Of a stretch of 64,000 bases of DNA, positions 56,191 to 64,000 are shown piece after piece; the first letter of the stretch is position 1; each line of letters starts with the position of its first letter. Both the position numbers and the translations under genes were made by a program. Below the pieces are notes generated by a model. It did no database searches and was not told the origin of the DNA. It saw only the letters and a program-made list of their open reading frames with translations. The stretch spans positions 39,279 through 103,278 of IMG/VR virus record IMGVR_UViG_2524614843_000001; one strand, written 5' to 3'. Source of the stretch: a virus (taxonomy: Duplodnaviria; Heunggongvirae; Uroviricota; Caudoviricetes).

Positions 56191-56758
56191 GTGCGGGCAA
56201 AAACGTATCCCCGTCGATTTCCCGCTGCGCATCTTCCCGCACCTGGGCAGCAGCCATCGCTGCGGAATACGCGCTTGCAGACCCACCCGCGCCACCGGTA
56301 AACGCTAGGTTTCTCTGCATTTCCGTGATCTTCTGGCGAGCCAGAACATCCAGAAGGCTTCGTCGTCCTTGGAAGGTAAAGGCAGACGACTTGATCATTT
56401 CCGCGGCCGTTTCCGCGTCATTGAAGAGCTTGCGCGCCAAGATGACCTTCGCATCGAGGCTCACTTCTGATTCGATGCGCTTGTCGGTCGGCTTCTCGCC
56501 CCGAGCGATGATGCCGGCGCGGATTTCGCGGTAAGCGCGCGCTTCGACCAGTTCGAGGTTGTGCTTTGCGGCTCGGGCGATCTGGTCGCCATCCCTCGCT
56601 AATGAGAAGAAGTAAATGGTGTCGGCGGTGTGTGATGTGATCACATCGTTCAGCCGCACCTCGTCAATGACGGCTCGCGCCTCCATTTCCTTGACCTTGC
56701 CGATCAGCTCGGTGAGCTTTTCGCGCAGGACGGTTTCGAGTGATTTGGGTTCAGACAT
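56180..56758 (-). CDS. Hypothetical protein (192 aa)
   Basis: ORF. Confidence 0.5.
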   Translation of the reverse strand: MSEPKSLETVLREKLTELIGKVKEMEARAVIDEVRLNDVITSHTADTIYFFSLARDGDQIARAAKHNLELVEARAYREIRAGIIARGEKPTDKRIESEVSLDAKVILARKLFNDAETAAEMIKSSAFTFQGRRSLLDVLARQKITEMQRNLAFTGGAGGSASAYSAAMAAAQVREDAQREIDGDTFLPAQNK

Positions 56759-56766
56759 GGCTCTTC

Positions 56767-58002
56767 CTAGTTCACAGCTTCCGCCACACGGCGGAATACT
56801 TCATTGAGCGTGGCTTGCTTGCTGTCATCGAACAGCACTTGACCAGGCGAAATGCCGACGATGATCGTGGCGTTGTACTTGGCCGAGAAAATGGCGGTAC
56901 CAGGCTCGGGCTTGCGCGCATCCGGCAGGAAGTAGCGGGTCGCGGCAGAGCCCAGCGTGACGATCACTGGCGGCGCCAGAATCTCGATCTCCCGCTCGAT
57001 GTACTGCGAGCAGGCGGCGATCTGTGCGTCGGCAAGGAACTTCTCGTCCTTCGGCTTGGGCGACTTCACCAGCGCAGTCCAATACCCGTTATCGAAGGTC
57101 AGATAGTTCACGCCCAGCGCGGTGCGGGTTACATCCTCCATCGAGTCGGTCAGCACCTTGCCATTGCGCTCGTCACGGAAGCTTGGCGCGTCGATCACTG
57201 CCATGAACTTCGGCTGCCGACCGATGCGGGGCGACGGATGCACACCGCCCGCCAGTGAGCAGGCGGTGCATTGCTTGGCGTCGCGCAGAGTGATCATCAG
57301 CTTTTCCTTCACGAACTTGCCGGCTTCGATGTTGCGATCAGCCTTCACCACGCCGGAGATCAGGCCAGGCAACAGCTCGATCTGATCTTTCAGGCGCTCG
57401 TTGTGAAGTGCTGGAAGCTGTGAGGGTTCGATGCCGGCAAAGGCGCCGACACGATCAAGGCAGTCGCGCACTTTGACGTTGACCTTCGACTTGTTCACGC
57501 GCGCCTCGAAGTTCTCTTTCGAGGTGAATGGGCCAGCAGGCAACGCCTCGCATACCAGATTGCCCTTCTTGTCGAACTCTTCGACCTTTGCCGAATTGCG
57601 CGCCTGCACGATCAGCTCTGCAGTGGTGGTCGAGATACCCTTCACGCGATTGAAGGGCATAACCAGCGTGACTTTGCTGCGCGCCACGTCATAGCCGATC
57701 TCGAAGCGGTCAGCGCTGGAGAGGTTCACATCGGGCGGAACCAGCAGCAGACCGGCGTTCTCAGCGTCACGCACCAGACCAGGCAGCTTGTCCTCGTCCA
57801 GAACAGACAGACAGGCAGCGTAGAACTCAGCCGGATAGTTCACTTTCAGCCACATGGACTGATAGCTGATCAGCGAGTAGGCAACGGCATGACTTTTGTT
57901 AAAACCATAGGCGCCGAAGGCCATAATCTGACTCCAGAGAGCCTCTGCGTCCGCTTTGCTCATGCCGTTTTCGAGTACGCGGCTTGATACGATCTTGGCC
58001 AT
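56767..58002 (-). CDS. dnaE: DNA polymerase III alpha (DnaE) C-terminal fragment fused to a degenerate family-4 UDG-like domain
   Basis: GAYGFNKSHAVAYSLISYQ (DnaE fingers hallmark); C-terminal about 180 aa align to family-4 uracil-DNA glycosylase (CTACSL, VIVTLGSAATRYFL) but GEGPG motif is IDAPS and catalytic His replaced. Confidence 0.75.
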   Translation of the reverse strand: MAKIVSSRVLENGMSKADAEALWSQIMAFGAYGFNKSHAVAYSLISYQSMWLKVNYPAEFYAACLSVLDEDKLPGLVRDAENAGLLLVPPDVNLSSADRFEIGYDVARSKVTLVMPFNRVKGISTTTAELIVQARNSAKVEEFDKKGNLVCEALPAGPFTSKENFEARVNKSKVNVKVRDCLDRVGAFAGIEPSQLPALHNERLKDQIELLPGLISGVVKADRNIEAGKFVKEKLMITLRDAKQCTACSLAGGVHPSPRIGRQPKFMAVIDAPSFRDERNGKVLTDSMEDVTRTALGVNYLTFDNGYWTALVKSPKPKDEKFLADAQIAACSQYIEREIEILAPPVIVTLGSAATRYFLPDARKPEPGTAIFSAKYNATIIVGISPGQVLFDDSKQATLNEVFRRVAEAVN

Positions 58003-58004
58003 AG

Positions 58005-58175
58005 TCAGTTACTCCACCAGCCCTCGCGTTCGAGCGTCTCTTTGGCAATCTTGAGTGCTTCGGTGCGGGTCATTGTTGGATTCTCGCGCTGCAGCTGATT
58101 AGCCAATCGGGCTTCTTCCTGAATGACAGCTTCGCTGCGGCGGTTCAGTTTGTTGGTAAAGGTGTCCGTGTTCAT
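58005..58175 (-). CDS. Small ORF (56 aa) lying between the two dnaE pieces
   Basis: AAGGAAA RBS; stop 2 nt before DnaE-C ATG. Confidence 0.4.
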   Translation of the reverse strand: MNTDTFTNKLNRRSEAVIQEEARLANQLQRENPTMTRTEALKIAKETLEREGWWSN

Positions 58176-58235
58176 CGTGCGTTTCCTTTGTTTTCCTGAT
58201 TCTCACTTGGAATACTCGGGTCGCTGCGGGGCGTT

Positions 58236-58254
58236 AGTATGCGCTGACTTACTT
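58236..58254 (-). promoter_or_regulatory. Class-A motif copy, half-site degenerate (GTATgcgcTGACTTACTTT) inside the dnaE split
   Basis: Motif match. Confidence 0.4.
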
Positions 58255-58289
58255 TCAAGAGCAAGACCAAACGCCCGCAGGGCGTCCAG

Positions 58290-60656
58290 TTACAGGGCGA
58301 GCTCAACCCCGCGCGCAATCGCTTCCTCGACAGTCAGCAGTTCATCGCTATCCACCGCCTTGTACCGCGTTGCACGATGGACTGTGAGCGTCCTGCCGTC
58401 ATCGAGCGTGACTTCAATCTGACCGAGTTCAGCGCCGGAAATGAATGACGCGCCAATCTTGGCCATCTTGTCCATATCCTTCTTACCTATGGCCTTGCGG
58501 AGCCCGTCTGCGCCCGCCATCGTGAAGCCGCACAGATCTCGGGCGACCTGCATGACTTCCTCTTGGTACACGATGACGCCATAGGTATCCTTGAGCGCGT
58601 CCTCGCAGAGCGGGTGCGGATAGCTGACCGGCTCCAACCCTTGCTTGCGGGCGACAAACTGATCGAGCAGACCGGAATCCAGCGGGCCAGGACGATAAAG
58701 CGCCGTCGCTGCCGCAATATCCTCGAAGGTCAGCGCCTCGTAGCTCGCCAGATCTTTGAGCAGCTTCATCATGCCGCCCGACTCGAACTGGAACACGCCG
58801 ATGGTCTTGCCTTGCCCGAAGCCCTCCAGCGTGATCGTGTCATCGAGGGGCAGATCGAGCAGATCGGGCGTTTTGCCGTGCCGCTCCTTGATGTAGTCCA
58901 GAACCAGCGAAGTCAGATCGAGCGTGGTCAGCCCGAGAATATCCATCTTCACCAAGCCCATGTCCTCGACGGTGCGCTTGTCCCAATTCGTTGTCGGTTG
59001 GCCAGAGCGCATTTCCACGACCGCGCGCTCGTTGATCGGTACGCCGGCAATCACAATGCCTGCAGCGTGACGACCCAGCGACCGGTTGTGATCTTCCAGC
59101 GCCAGGGAATGCTGCCAGAGCTCCGGATAGCGCTCGGAATAGGTCTTAATTGCCCCGACTTGCTCAGCGGCTTCTGCCATCGGGGCGACCATGCCATGCT
59201 CTTTCGGGTAGAGCTTCGTGCATTCCAGATCGCCATTTGGTACCTCGAACACGCGACCCACATCACGGATTGCAGAGGCGCCGGCCAGCGTCGTGAAGTT
59301 GGAGATGCCCGCCACGTAATCAGCACCGAATTTCTCGGTAATGTGGTTGATGACGAGCTCGCGGCGAGTGGCCTGAAAATCCAAGTCCGCGTCAGGCAAG
59401 TCCAGACGTTCTGGATTGATGAAGCGCTCGAAAATCAGACCGTGCCGGATAGGGTCAACATCCGTGATACCGAGCAGGAAAGCGACCAGAGAACCACCCA
59501 CGGAACCCCGACCTGGCCCGACAGCGACGCCGTTTTGTTTCGCCCAGCGGGTGATGTAGCGCGCCAGCAGGAAGTAGCCGCAGAAGCCCAGCTTGGACAG
59601 CACGCCAAGCTCGTATTTGAGCCGCTCCATGTAATGCGGGAGATCTGCCTTGCTCGGCTTGTAGCCGAAGGAGGAGCCCTCAACCAGACGCTCGACAAAG
59701 GCGCGCTTACATAGCTCAACCAGCGCCAACTCTTCCTTCTCGACGAGTTTGGGTAATGACACTGGCCATTTTGACCAGGTGTAATCACACATACTCTCGA
59801 CAACCGCCATGTTCCTGATTGCACCCTTGAGCCGCTCCATATCAAGCGCCTCATCGAACAGCTTGAGATAGGTCTCGCCAAAGGCTTTGCATTCCGCGGC
59901 GAACTCCGCAGGACTGAGGATGCTCAGGTTGCCGGAGATCTGCGAAGGCGCAATCCGCCAGCCATCCTTCATCTTGTTGTTGCTGCACACAGCCGCGTAC
60001 ACATCGAGGGAGTTACTTTGTGACGGGTCTGCTAGCAGCGCAGGGCGCGTCGCTACGACCGGTATACCCGTTGCGTGGGCATATCCGAGCACATCGCGGC
60101 CAATGCGCGCAAACAGCGGATTATTGACGACAGGAAGCTCAATAAAGAGCGCGTGGGGCTGCGCAGCCCGCAGTTTGTCCAGACGCTCATAAGCTGTCGC
60201 TTGATCGACTTTGTAGAGCGCGCCCAGCAGATCACCAGTCATCACGACCAGACCATCCGGTGCAGACGCGATATGCTCCAGCACCTCGTCGAAACTGAGG
60301 CGCGGGAAGTAGTAGAAGTGGCTTTCCGAGTTAGCGAGGCTCAGCAGCTTGAAGATCGCCTTGAGCCCGCTTTCGTTACGTACCAACAACCGCAAAGTGA
60401 ATGAGCGCGGACGCTTCACCTCTGCAGATTTCTCGGTCGGGTCACACAGCACGACCTCAACTGTCACGCCGATGATTGGCTTGATGCCGGCGTCCTTCGC
60501 TGCAGTCATCAGCGCCGGCATTCCTGAGACGGTCATCTTGTCCGTAATGGCAATGGCCGTCAGTCCCTTCTCGACCGCCTGCGCCACCGCTTTCTTTACT
60601 GATAGCAGTGAGCCGCCAATCGTGAAGTCACTACGCACACCAAGAGCAACTTTCAT
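58290..60656 (-). CDS. dnaE: DNA polymerase III alpha (DnaE) N-terminal fragment (PHP, palm, thumb, part of fingers)
   Basis: 788 aa; PHP domain start MKVALGVRSDF, palm motifs; homology ends about 40 aa before stop. Confidence 0.8.
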   Translation of the reverse strand: MKVALGVRSDFTIGGSLLSVKKAVAQAVEKGLTAIAITDKMTVSGMPALMTAAKDAGIKPIIGVTVEVVLCDPTEKSAEVKRPRSFTLRLLVRNESGLKAIFKLLSLANSESHFYYFPRLSFDEVLEHIASAPDGLVVMTGDLLGALYKVDQATAYERLDKLRAAQPHALFIELPVVNNPLFARIGRDVLGYAHATGIPVVATRPALLADPSQSNSLDVYAAVCSNNKMKDGWRIAPSQISGNLSILSPAEFAAECKAFGETYLKLFDEALDMERLKGAIRNMAVVESMCDYTWSKWPVSLPKLVEKEELALVELCKRAFVERLVEGSSFGYKPSKADLPHYMERLKYELGVLSKLGFCGYFLLARYITRWAKQNGVAVGPGRGSVGGSLVAFLLGITDVDPIRHGLIFERFINPERLDLPDADLDFQATRRELVINHITEKFGADYVAGISNFTTLAGASAIRDVGRVFEVPNGDLECTKLYPKEHGMVAPMAEAAEQVGAIKTYSERYPELWQHSLALEDHNRSLGRHAAGIVIAGVPINERAVVEMRSGQPTTNWDKRTVEDMGLVKMDILGLTTLDLTSLVLDYIKERHGKTPDLLDLPLDDTITLEGFGQGKTIGVFQFESGGMMKLLKDLASYEALTFEDIAAATALYRPGPLDSGLLDQFVARKQGLEPVSYPHPLCEDALKDTYGVIVYQEEVMQVARDLCGFTMAGADGLRKAIGKKDMDKMAKIGASFISGAELGQIEVTLDDGRTLTVHRATRYKAVDSDELLTVEEAIARGVELAL

Positions 60657-61255
60657 CGCAGATAAATCCCATTTTTTTGTTTGATACCGAAGAAACGCAG
60701 CAAGGCACAGGCAATACTTGCACTCGATTTCGCCGAGTTTTCTGTCATGCCCTGCTGAATGAGTGCCTGATTGAGTTCGGCCTGGCGGAAGCCGCCATTG
60801 CCGATCAGTAATGCGCAGGCGATACGCATAAATTTCGGACCTTCACCCTCAAAAGGGTTTTTTGACTGTGACAAGTCACCTATTACGTCAATACCGCGTC
60901 GCAGGATGGCTCGAGCTTCACGCTGAGCCTTGACCGGTAATGAGCTAATCAAGCGCTCTTCCTCAATGGTGAGCTTGTAGTCAAAACGAAGCGGCATCTG
61001 TCCGGCCGCACGAATTTCCGGCACATGCACCGCGCCCAGCTCTCCAGATGACTCAGGCCGCATTGGCGCAAAACCCTCTCTGCGATGCGACTTGTTGGCT
61101 CGATCAATCAACGCTTGGACAGGCGCACCTTCGAGCACAATCTTGCTACCCACCTCTAATGCAATGCCGGCGCATTCAGCCCGCAGAGCGCAGCTTTGAC
61201 AGCGAGCACCCTGCGGGTCATAGGTGACAATCGAACCAAAACAACCTGGCTTCAT
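60653..61255 (-). CDS. Hypothetical protein with N-terminal Cys4 zinc finger
   Basis: CFGS...CQSCALRAEC; ATGA overlap with dnaE. Confidence 0.5.
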   Translation of the reverse strand: MKPGCFGSIVTYDPQGARCQSCALRAECAGIALEVGSKIVLEGAPVQALIDRANKSHRREGFAPMRPESSGELGAVHVPEIRAAGQMPLRFDYKLTIEEERLISSLPVKAQREARAILRRGIDVIGDLSQSKNPFEGEGPKFMRIACALLIGNGGFRQAELNQALIQQGMTENSAKSSASIACALLRFFGIKQKNGIYLR

Positions 61256-61264
61256 TATTACTAG

Positions 61265-61284
61265 CTCACCTATGACTTACTTAC
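61265..61284 (-). promoter_or_regulatory. Class-A motif copy (cTCAcctaTGACTTACTTAC); contains stop codon of AAA+ gene
   Basis: Motif match. Confidence 0.55.
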
Positions 61285-62549
61285 TCACCGAAATAGCGCT
61301 GAGCAACAGCAGTTGCAACCTCAGAATCAACGCCACCCAAGCGGTTGATGTACGTCTGACGCGCAGCAAGCATGAATGAACCGCGCTTTTTGCCAATGTC
61401 GGCAAGCTCTTGAACTACCCGCGTTGAGATTGGGGCGCCAATTTTGCCCTTCGTGTATGAGTCACGAATATCGTTGGCGAAATCCACGATCTTGGTTGCA
61501 TCTTCTTTGGTTACGCCGATGCGTGACACCACCAGCGCAACTTCGGCCTGCTTCTCCATATACGGCACATTTTCGACGATAGCAAAGCGCTCCATACTGG
61601 CTGCGTTCTGAATCTTCGTGCCGGCATACAGACCAGACTCATCGCCAGAGCCGTTGGTGTTGCCAGTAGCAACAAAGCGGAAATTTGGATGAGGGCGAAC
61701 AACACGCCAACCGGAAGTCTCAGGCGCTTCCTTGATGATCAGAGGTTTGCCCTCGAGCACTGCCTGGTACGTGGCGATAATGTCGGACTGCGCAAAGTCA
61801 TACTCGTCGGCGCAGTAAACCCAACCGTGCTTCATCGCCAACGGCAAGAGGCCTGGCTCAAAGTAGGTTCCGCTTTCGTTAGCGAGCAGCTGACCGACAA
61901 TCGCAGCAGACTCGGTATCGCCAGCGTGCTGCACGCGAATGTAGGGGCGATTGGTGCGAGCGCAGACTTGCTCGTATAGGGATGACTTGCCGACGCCCGA
62001 GTGGCCCCACAAGTAAATGCGCTTGTTGTTTTCCAGCGCGAAGAGCACCGTTTTCAGCAGGTCAATTGAGTACACGTAGTCGTGGTCAATGAAAGGGATG
62101 TGCTCTTCATATTCGGCCTGGCGAGCCTGCACAGTCACCTTGATAGGTTCGCCCCGTCCATTCATTGCGGCCTTTACACGCCCCAACTCAAACAACTCAT
62201 GCAGATTCGCGGTAGTCTCCCGACCAAATGGCAAGACTTTCGCTGAGCTCTTTTCGACCGCTGCACCTGCCATTTCAACGCTGAGTGGCGCTGCAGCGGG
62301 TTTTGATGATTCGGTCGAGGCCGCAGCTGGAGCAGCACGACGAGCAAGCGCTTCTTTTGCCATTTCGGACAGCGTTGGCGCGTCCGGATAGGCAGAGGTA
62401 TACGCTGCTTCTGCCGCGACAGTATCGCCACCGACGATCTTGTGAGCATCCATTGCAGTTTGATCGCCAGCTTTTGCAATTTCGCGCAGGTGCAAACGGA
62501 TAGAGTGAACTTCTGCGCCGCATACGCGGCAGGTGATTTTGTCAGACAT
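61281..62549 (-). CDS. AAA+ ATPase, MoxR/CobS-like
   Basis: Walker A LWGHSGVGKSSL, Walker B YCADEYDF; N-terminal CxxC. Confidence 0.75.
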   Translation of the reverse strand: MSDKITCRVCGAEVHSIRLHLREIAKAGDQTAMDAHKIVGGDTVAAEAAYTSAYPDAPTLSEMAKEALARRAAPAAASTESSKPAAAPLSVEMAGAAVEKSSAKVLPFGRETTANLHELFELGRVKAAMNGRGEPIKVTVQARQAEYEEHIPFIDHDYVYSIDLLKTVLFALENNKRIYLWGHSGVGKSSLYEQVCARTNRPYIRVQHAGDTESAAIVGQLLANESGTYFEPGLLPLAMKHGWVYCADEYDFAQSDIIATYQAVLEGKPLIIKEAPETSGWRVVRPHPNFRFVATGNTNGSGDESGLYAGTKIQNAASMERFAIVENVPYMEKQAEVALVVSRIGVTKEDATKIVDFANDIRDSYTKGKIGAPISTRVVQELADIGKKRGSFMLAARQTYINRLGGVDSEVATAVAQRYFGE

Positions 62550-62572
62550 AGCGGTTCCTTGTGCGTGATTGA

Positions 62573-62590
62573 TAGTAAGTCATAACTGAC
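62573..62590 (+). promoter_or_regulatory. Class-A motif copy in inverted orientation (TAGTAAGTCAtaacTGAC on plus)
   Basis: Only copy whose TAAGTA flank is on the plus strand. Confidence 0.45.
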
Positions 62591-62656
62591 TTTTGCGAAT
62601 GATAAGAGATTGGAGCAGGGAAAGTCGAGGGGTCGATCGCTAACCCCTCGAAGCAT

Positions 62657-64000
62657 TTAGTCTTTCAGTAGCAGCTGGGACAGCTCGCTCACGACGCGCT
62701 CGGGCAGCTCTTCCAGCTTGTTCACAACCACGCTTCGGTTGTAGAACCGCTGCACGGCATTACTCATGATGCCGATGCCGATCACTTCCACGAATTTTTC
62801 GATTTCCTGCACCTTAGATGCCAGATGCGCATTCGCCACCGCATACTTGCAAGAAGGGATATGAAATGCTGGCGCCCCGTCAGACAGCACGATCAAGATG
62901 TGTCGGGTCGCTTTTTGCCGCACCAAACGTCGCGCGCCAATCATGACCGATTCCCCATCGATGTTATTGAGCAGCGGAATGTCATGACTGGCCGCCGCGA
63001 TCATGTTGATCTTGTGCTCACGGTTGAAGCGCTCATCAAAGGTCTTGAAGATTGGCATGTTGATCGGCTCAATCCGGTCGAAGTAATCTTTATTTGGCTC
63101 CGCATCCCAGCCTTCAACCAACTCTTTAGGCAGTTCGCTCGTTGTAAAGCCGATAACCTCATTCGGAATCCGAAGGCGATCAAGCGTCTCAGCCAATGCC
63201 CACGCGGCCTGCATTGCCAGCAAGACTTTGGAGCCACTCATTGAGCCCGACATATCAACCATGAGCTGCACAGCCACAGAGCGCGCTGTAGCCTGCACCT
63301 TCTCGCGGAATACCCGCGTATCACCGGTTTTCAGACGATGGAGTGCTGCGCCATGAATGCGCCCTTTCTTCTGTCCTCCATACCAAAACACCTGATCGCG
63401 CGCCGACACTGCCCGTTCAAGACGCTTTTGCATTTGACCGGCCATGTGCCTGATCTGCTCTTCCATGCCATGAATTTCATTTTCGGCCGACTCTGCCGCA
63501 CGACTACTGATGCGGACGGGCTCAATGCGGTCATACTCCGTACTAAACACCTGGTACGGCGAATCTTTGATTTCATCTAGCGCCATCGAGCCGATCAGAT
63601 TAGCCATTGACTCGTCGAACTCGGGAATTTCCTCTTTGCTCATGTCCAGATCGCGGGGCAGACCGACCTTTGAAGAACGATCTTCCTCTTCTTCGGTCTC
63701 TGTCGGTGTCGGCACAGTCGCGTTTTCATCTTCGGACTCTTCTGGCGCCTCGCTCGGTTCTGGAGCCGGTTCTTCTGAGCCTGTGAAATCGCCCTCTCCT
63801 GATTCTGGCGCGGACTCGTTTGGCTCAGGCTCTTCTGGCGATTCGGGCTCAAGATCTCCCTCCGATGATTCTGGCTCCTCCGGATGCGGTTCTTCGCTCT
63901 CAGGTTCCGGTTCCGCCTCTGGTTCAACCTCAGACTCCGGTTCGGAAGGCTGTTCTTCGGACTCGGGTTCGGACTCGGGTTCGGACTCGGGTTCGGACTC
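62657..64000 (-). CDS. von Willebrand factor A (CobT-like) protein with N-terminal acidic (ESEP)n repeat region; 5' end beyond window
   Basis: MIDAS motif DMSGSMSG; frame stays open upstream of the listed GTG at 63715 through a Glu/Ser/Pro tandem repeat to the window end. Confidence 0.7.
   Translation of the reverse strand, partial: ESEPESEPESEPESEEQPSEPESEVEPEAEPEPESEEPHPEEPESSEGDLEPESPEEPEPNESAPESGEGDFTGSEEPAPEPSEAPEESEDENATVPTPTETEEEEDRSSKVGLPRDLDMSKEEIPEFDESMANLIGSMALDEIKDSPYQVFSTEYDRIEPVRISSRAAESAENEIHGMEEQIRHMAGQMQKRLERAVSARDQVFWYGGQKKGRIHGAALHRLKTGDTRVFREKVQATARSVAVQLMVDMSGSMSGSKVLLAMQAAWALAETLDRLRIPNEVIGFTTSELPKELVEGWDAEPNKDYFDRIEPINMPIFKTFDERFNREHKINMIAAASHDIPLLNNIDGESVMIGARRLVRQKATRHILIVLSDGAPAFHIPSCKYAVANAHLASKVQEIEKFVEVIGIGIMSNAVQRFYNRSVVVNKLEELPERVVSELSQLLLKD

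Noticed and set aside
56767-60656. Split-intein explanation for the two DnaE pieces
   Set aside because: The N-piece tail and the C-piece N-terminus show no intein blocks (no Cys/Ser-His...His-Asn-Cys/Ser boundaries), and the C-piece starts directly with extein sequence.
63640-63927. 95-aa minus-strand ORF rich in R/N/Q
   Set aside because: It is a wrong-frame reading of the (ESEP)n repeat. The VWA gene frame stays open through this region, and the listed M at 63715 is an internal GTG.

Overview
Large tailed dsDNA phage genome fragment, about 55–60% GC, filling the whole window. It is compact, and almost every gene lies on the minus strand.

Three modules:
- 1–4.9 kb: head morphogenesis, read on the minus strand in the T7-like order small terminase, large terminase, portal, scaffold, major capsid (the capsid runs off the window start).
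- 5–31 kb: early/accessory region with a ParB-ParB-ABC ATPase-GNAT operon, a plus-strand SF2 helicase, lipoprotein morons, a foreign low-GC gene, a MazEF-like toxin-antitoxin pair, about 2 kb of non-coding DNA with iterons and nested inverted repeats, and two tandem paralogous large proteins.
- 31–64 kb: DNA metabolism and replication, with DnaQ-like exonuclease, dNMP-kinase-like protein, SPFH lipoprotein, ThyX, HU, thioredoxin, NrdB, a RES-Xre toxin-antitoxin pair inserted on the opposite strand, NrdA, RuvC-like resolvase, SbcCD, a lysis cluster (SleB-like hydrolase, MazG, GH24 lysozyme, small membrane proteins), a plus-strand GNAT/DUF1778 toxin-antitoxin moron, RecA/UvsX-like recombinase, 5'-3' exonuclease, gp32-like SSB, a DnaE polymerase split into two ORFs, and a CobS/CobT-like AAA+/VWA pair.

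Two conserved intergenic motif families punctuate the minus-strand gene array:
- class A, about 23 copies, reading TAAGTAAGTCA-N4-TGAC on the transcribed strand;
- class B, about 10 copies, a (GATA)3GAAAG repeat.

No tRNA, rRNA, CRISPR array, integrase or RNA polymerase gene was recognised.
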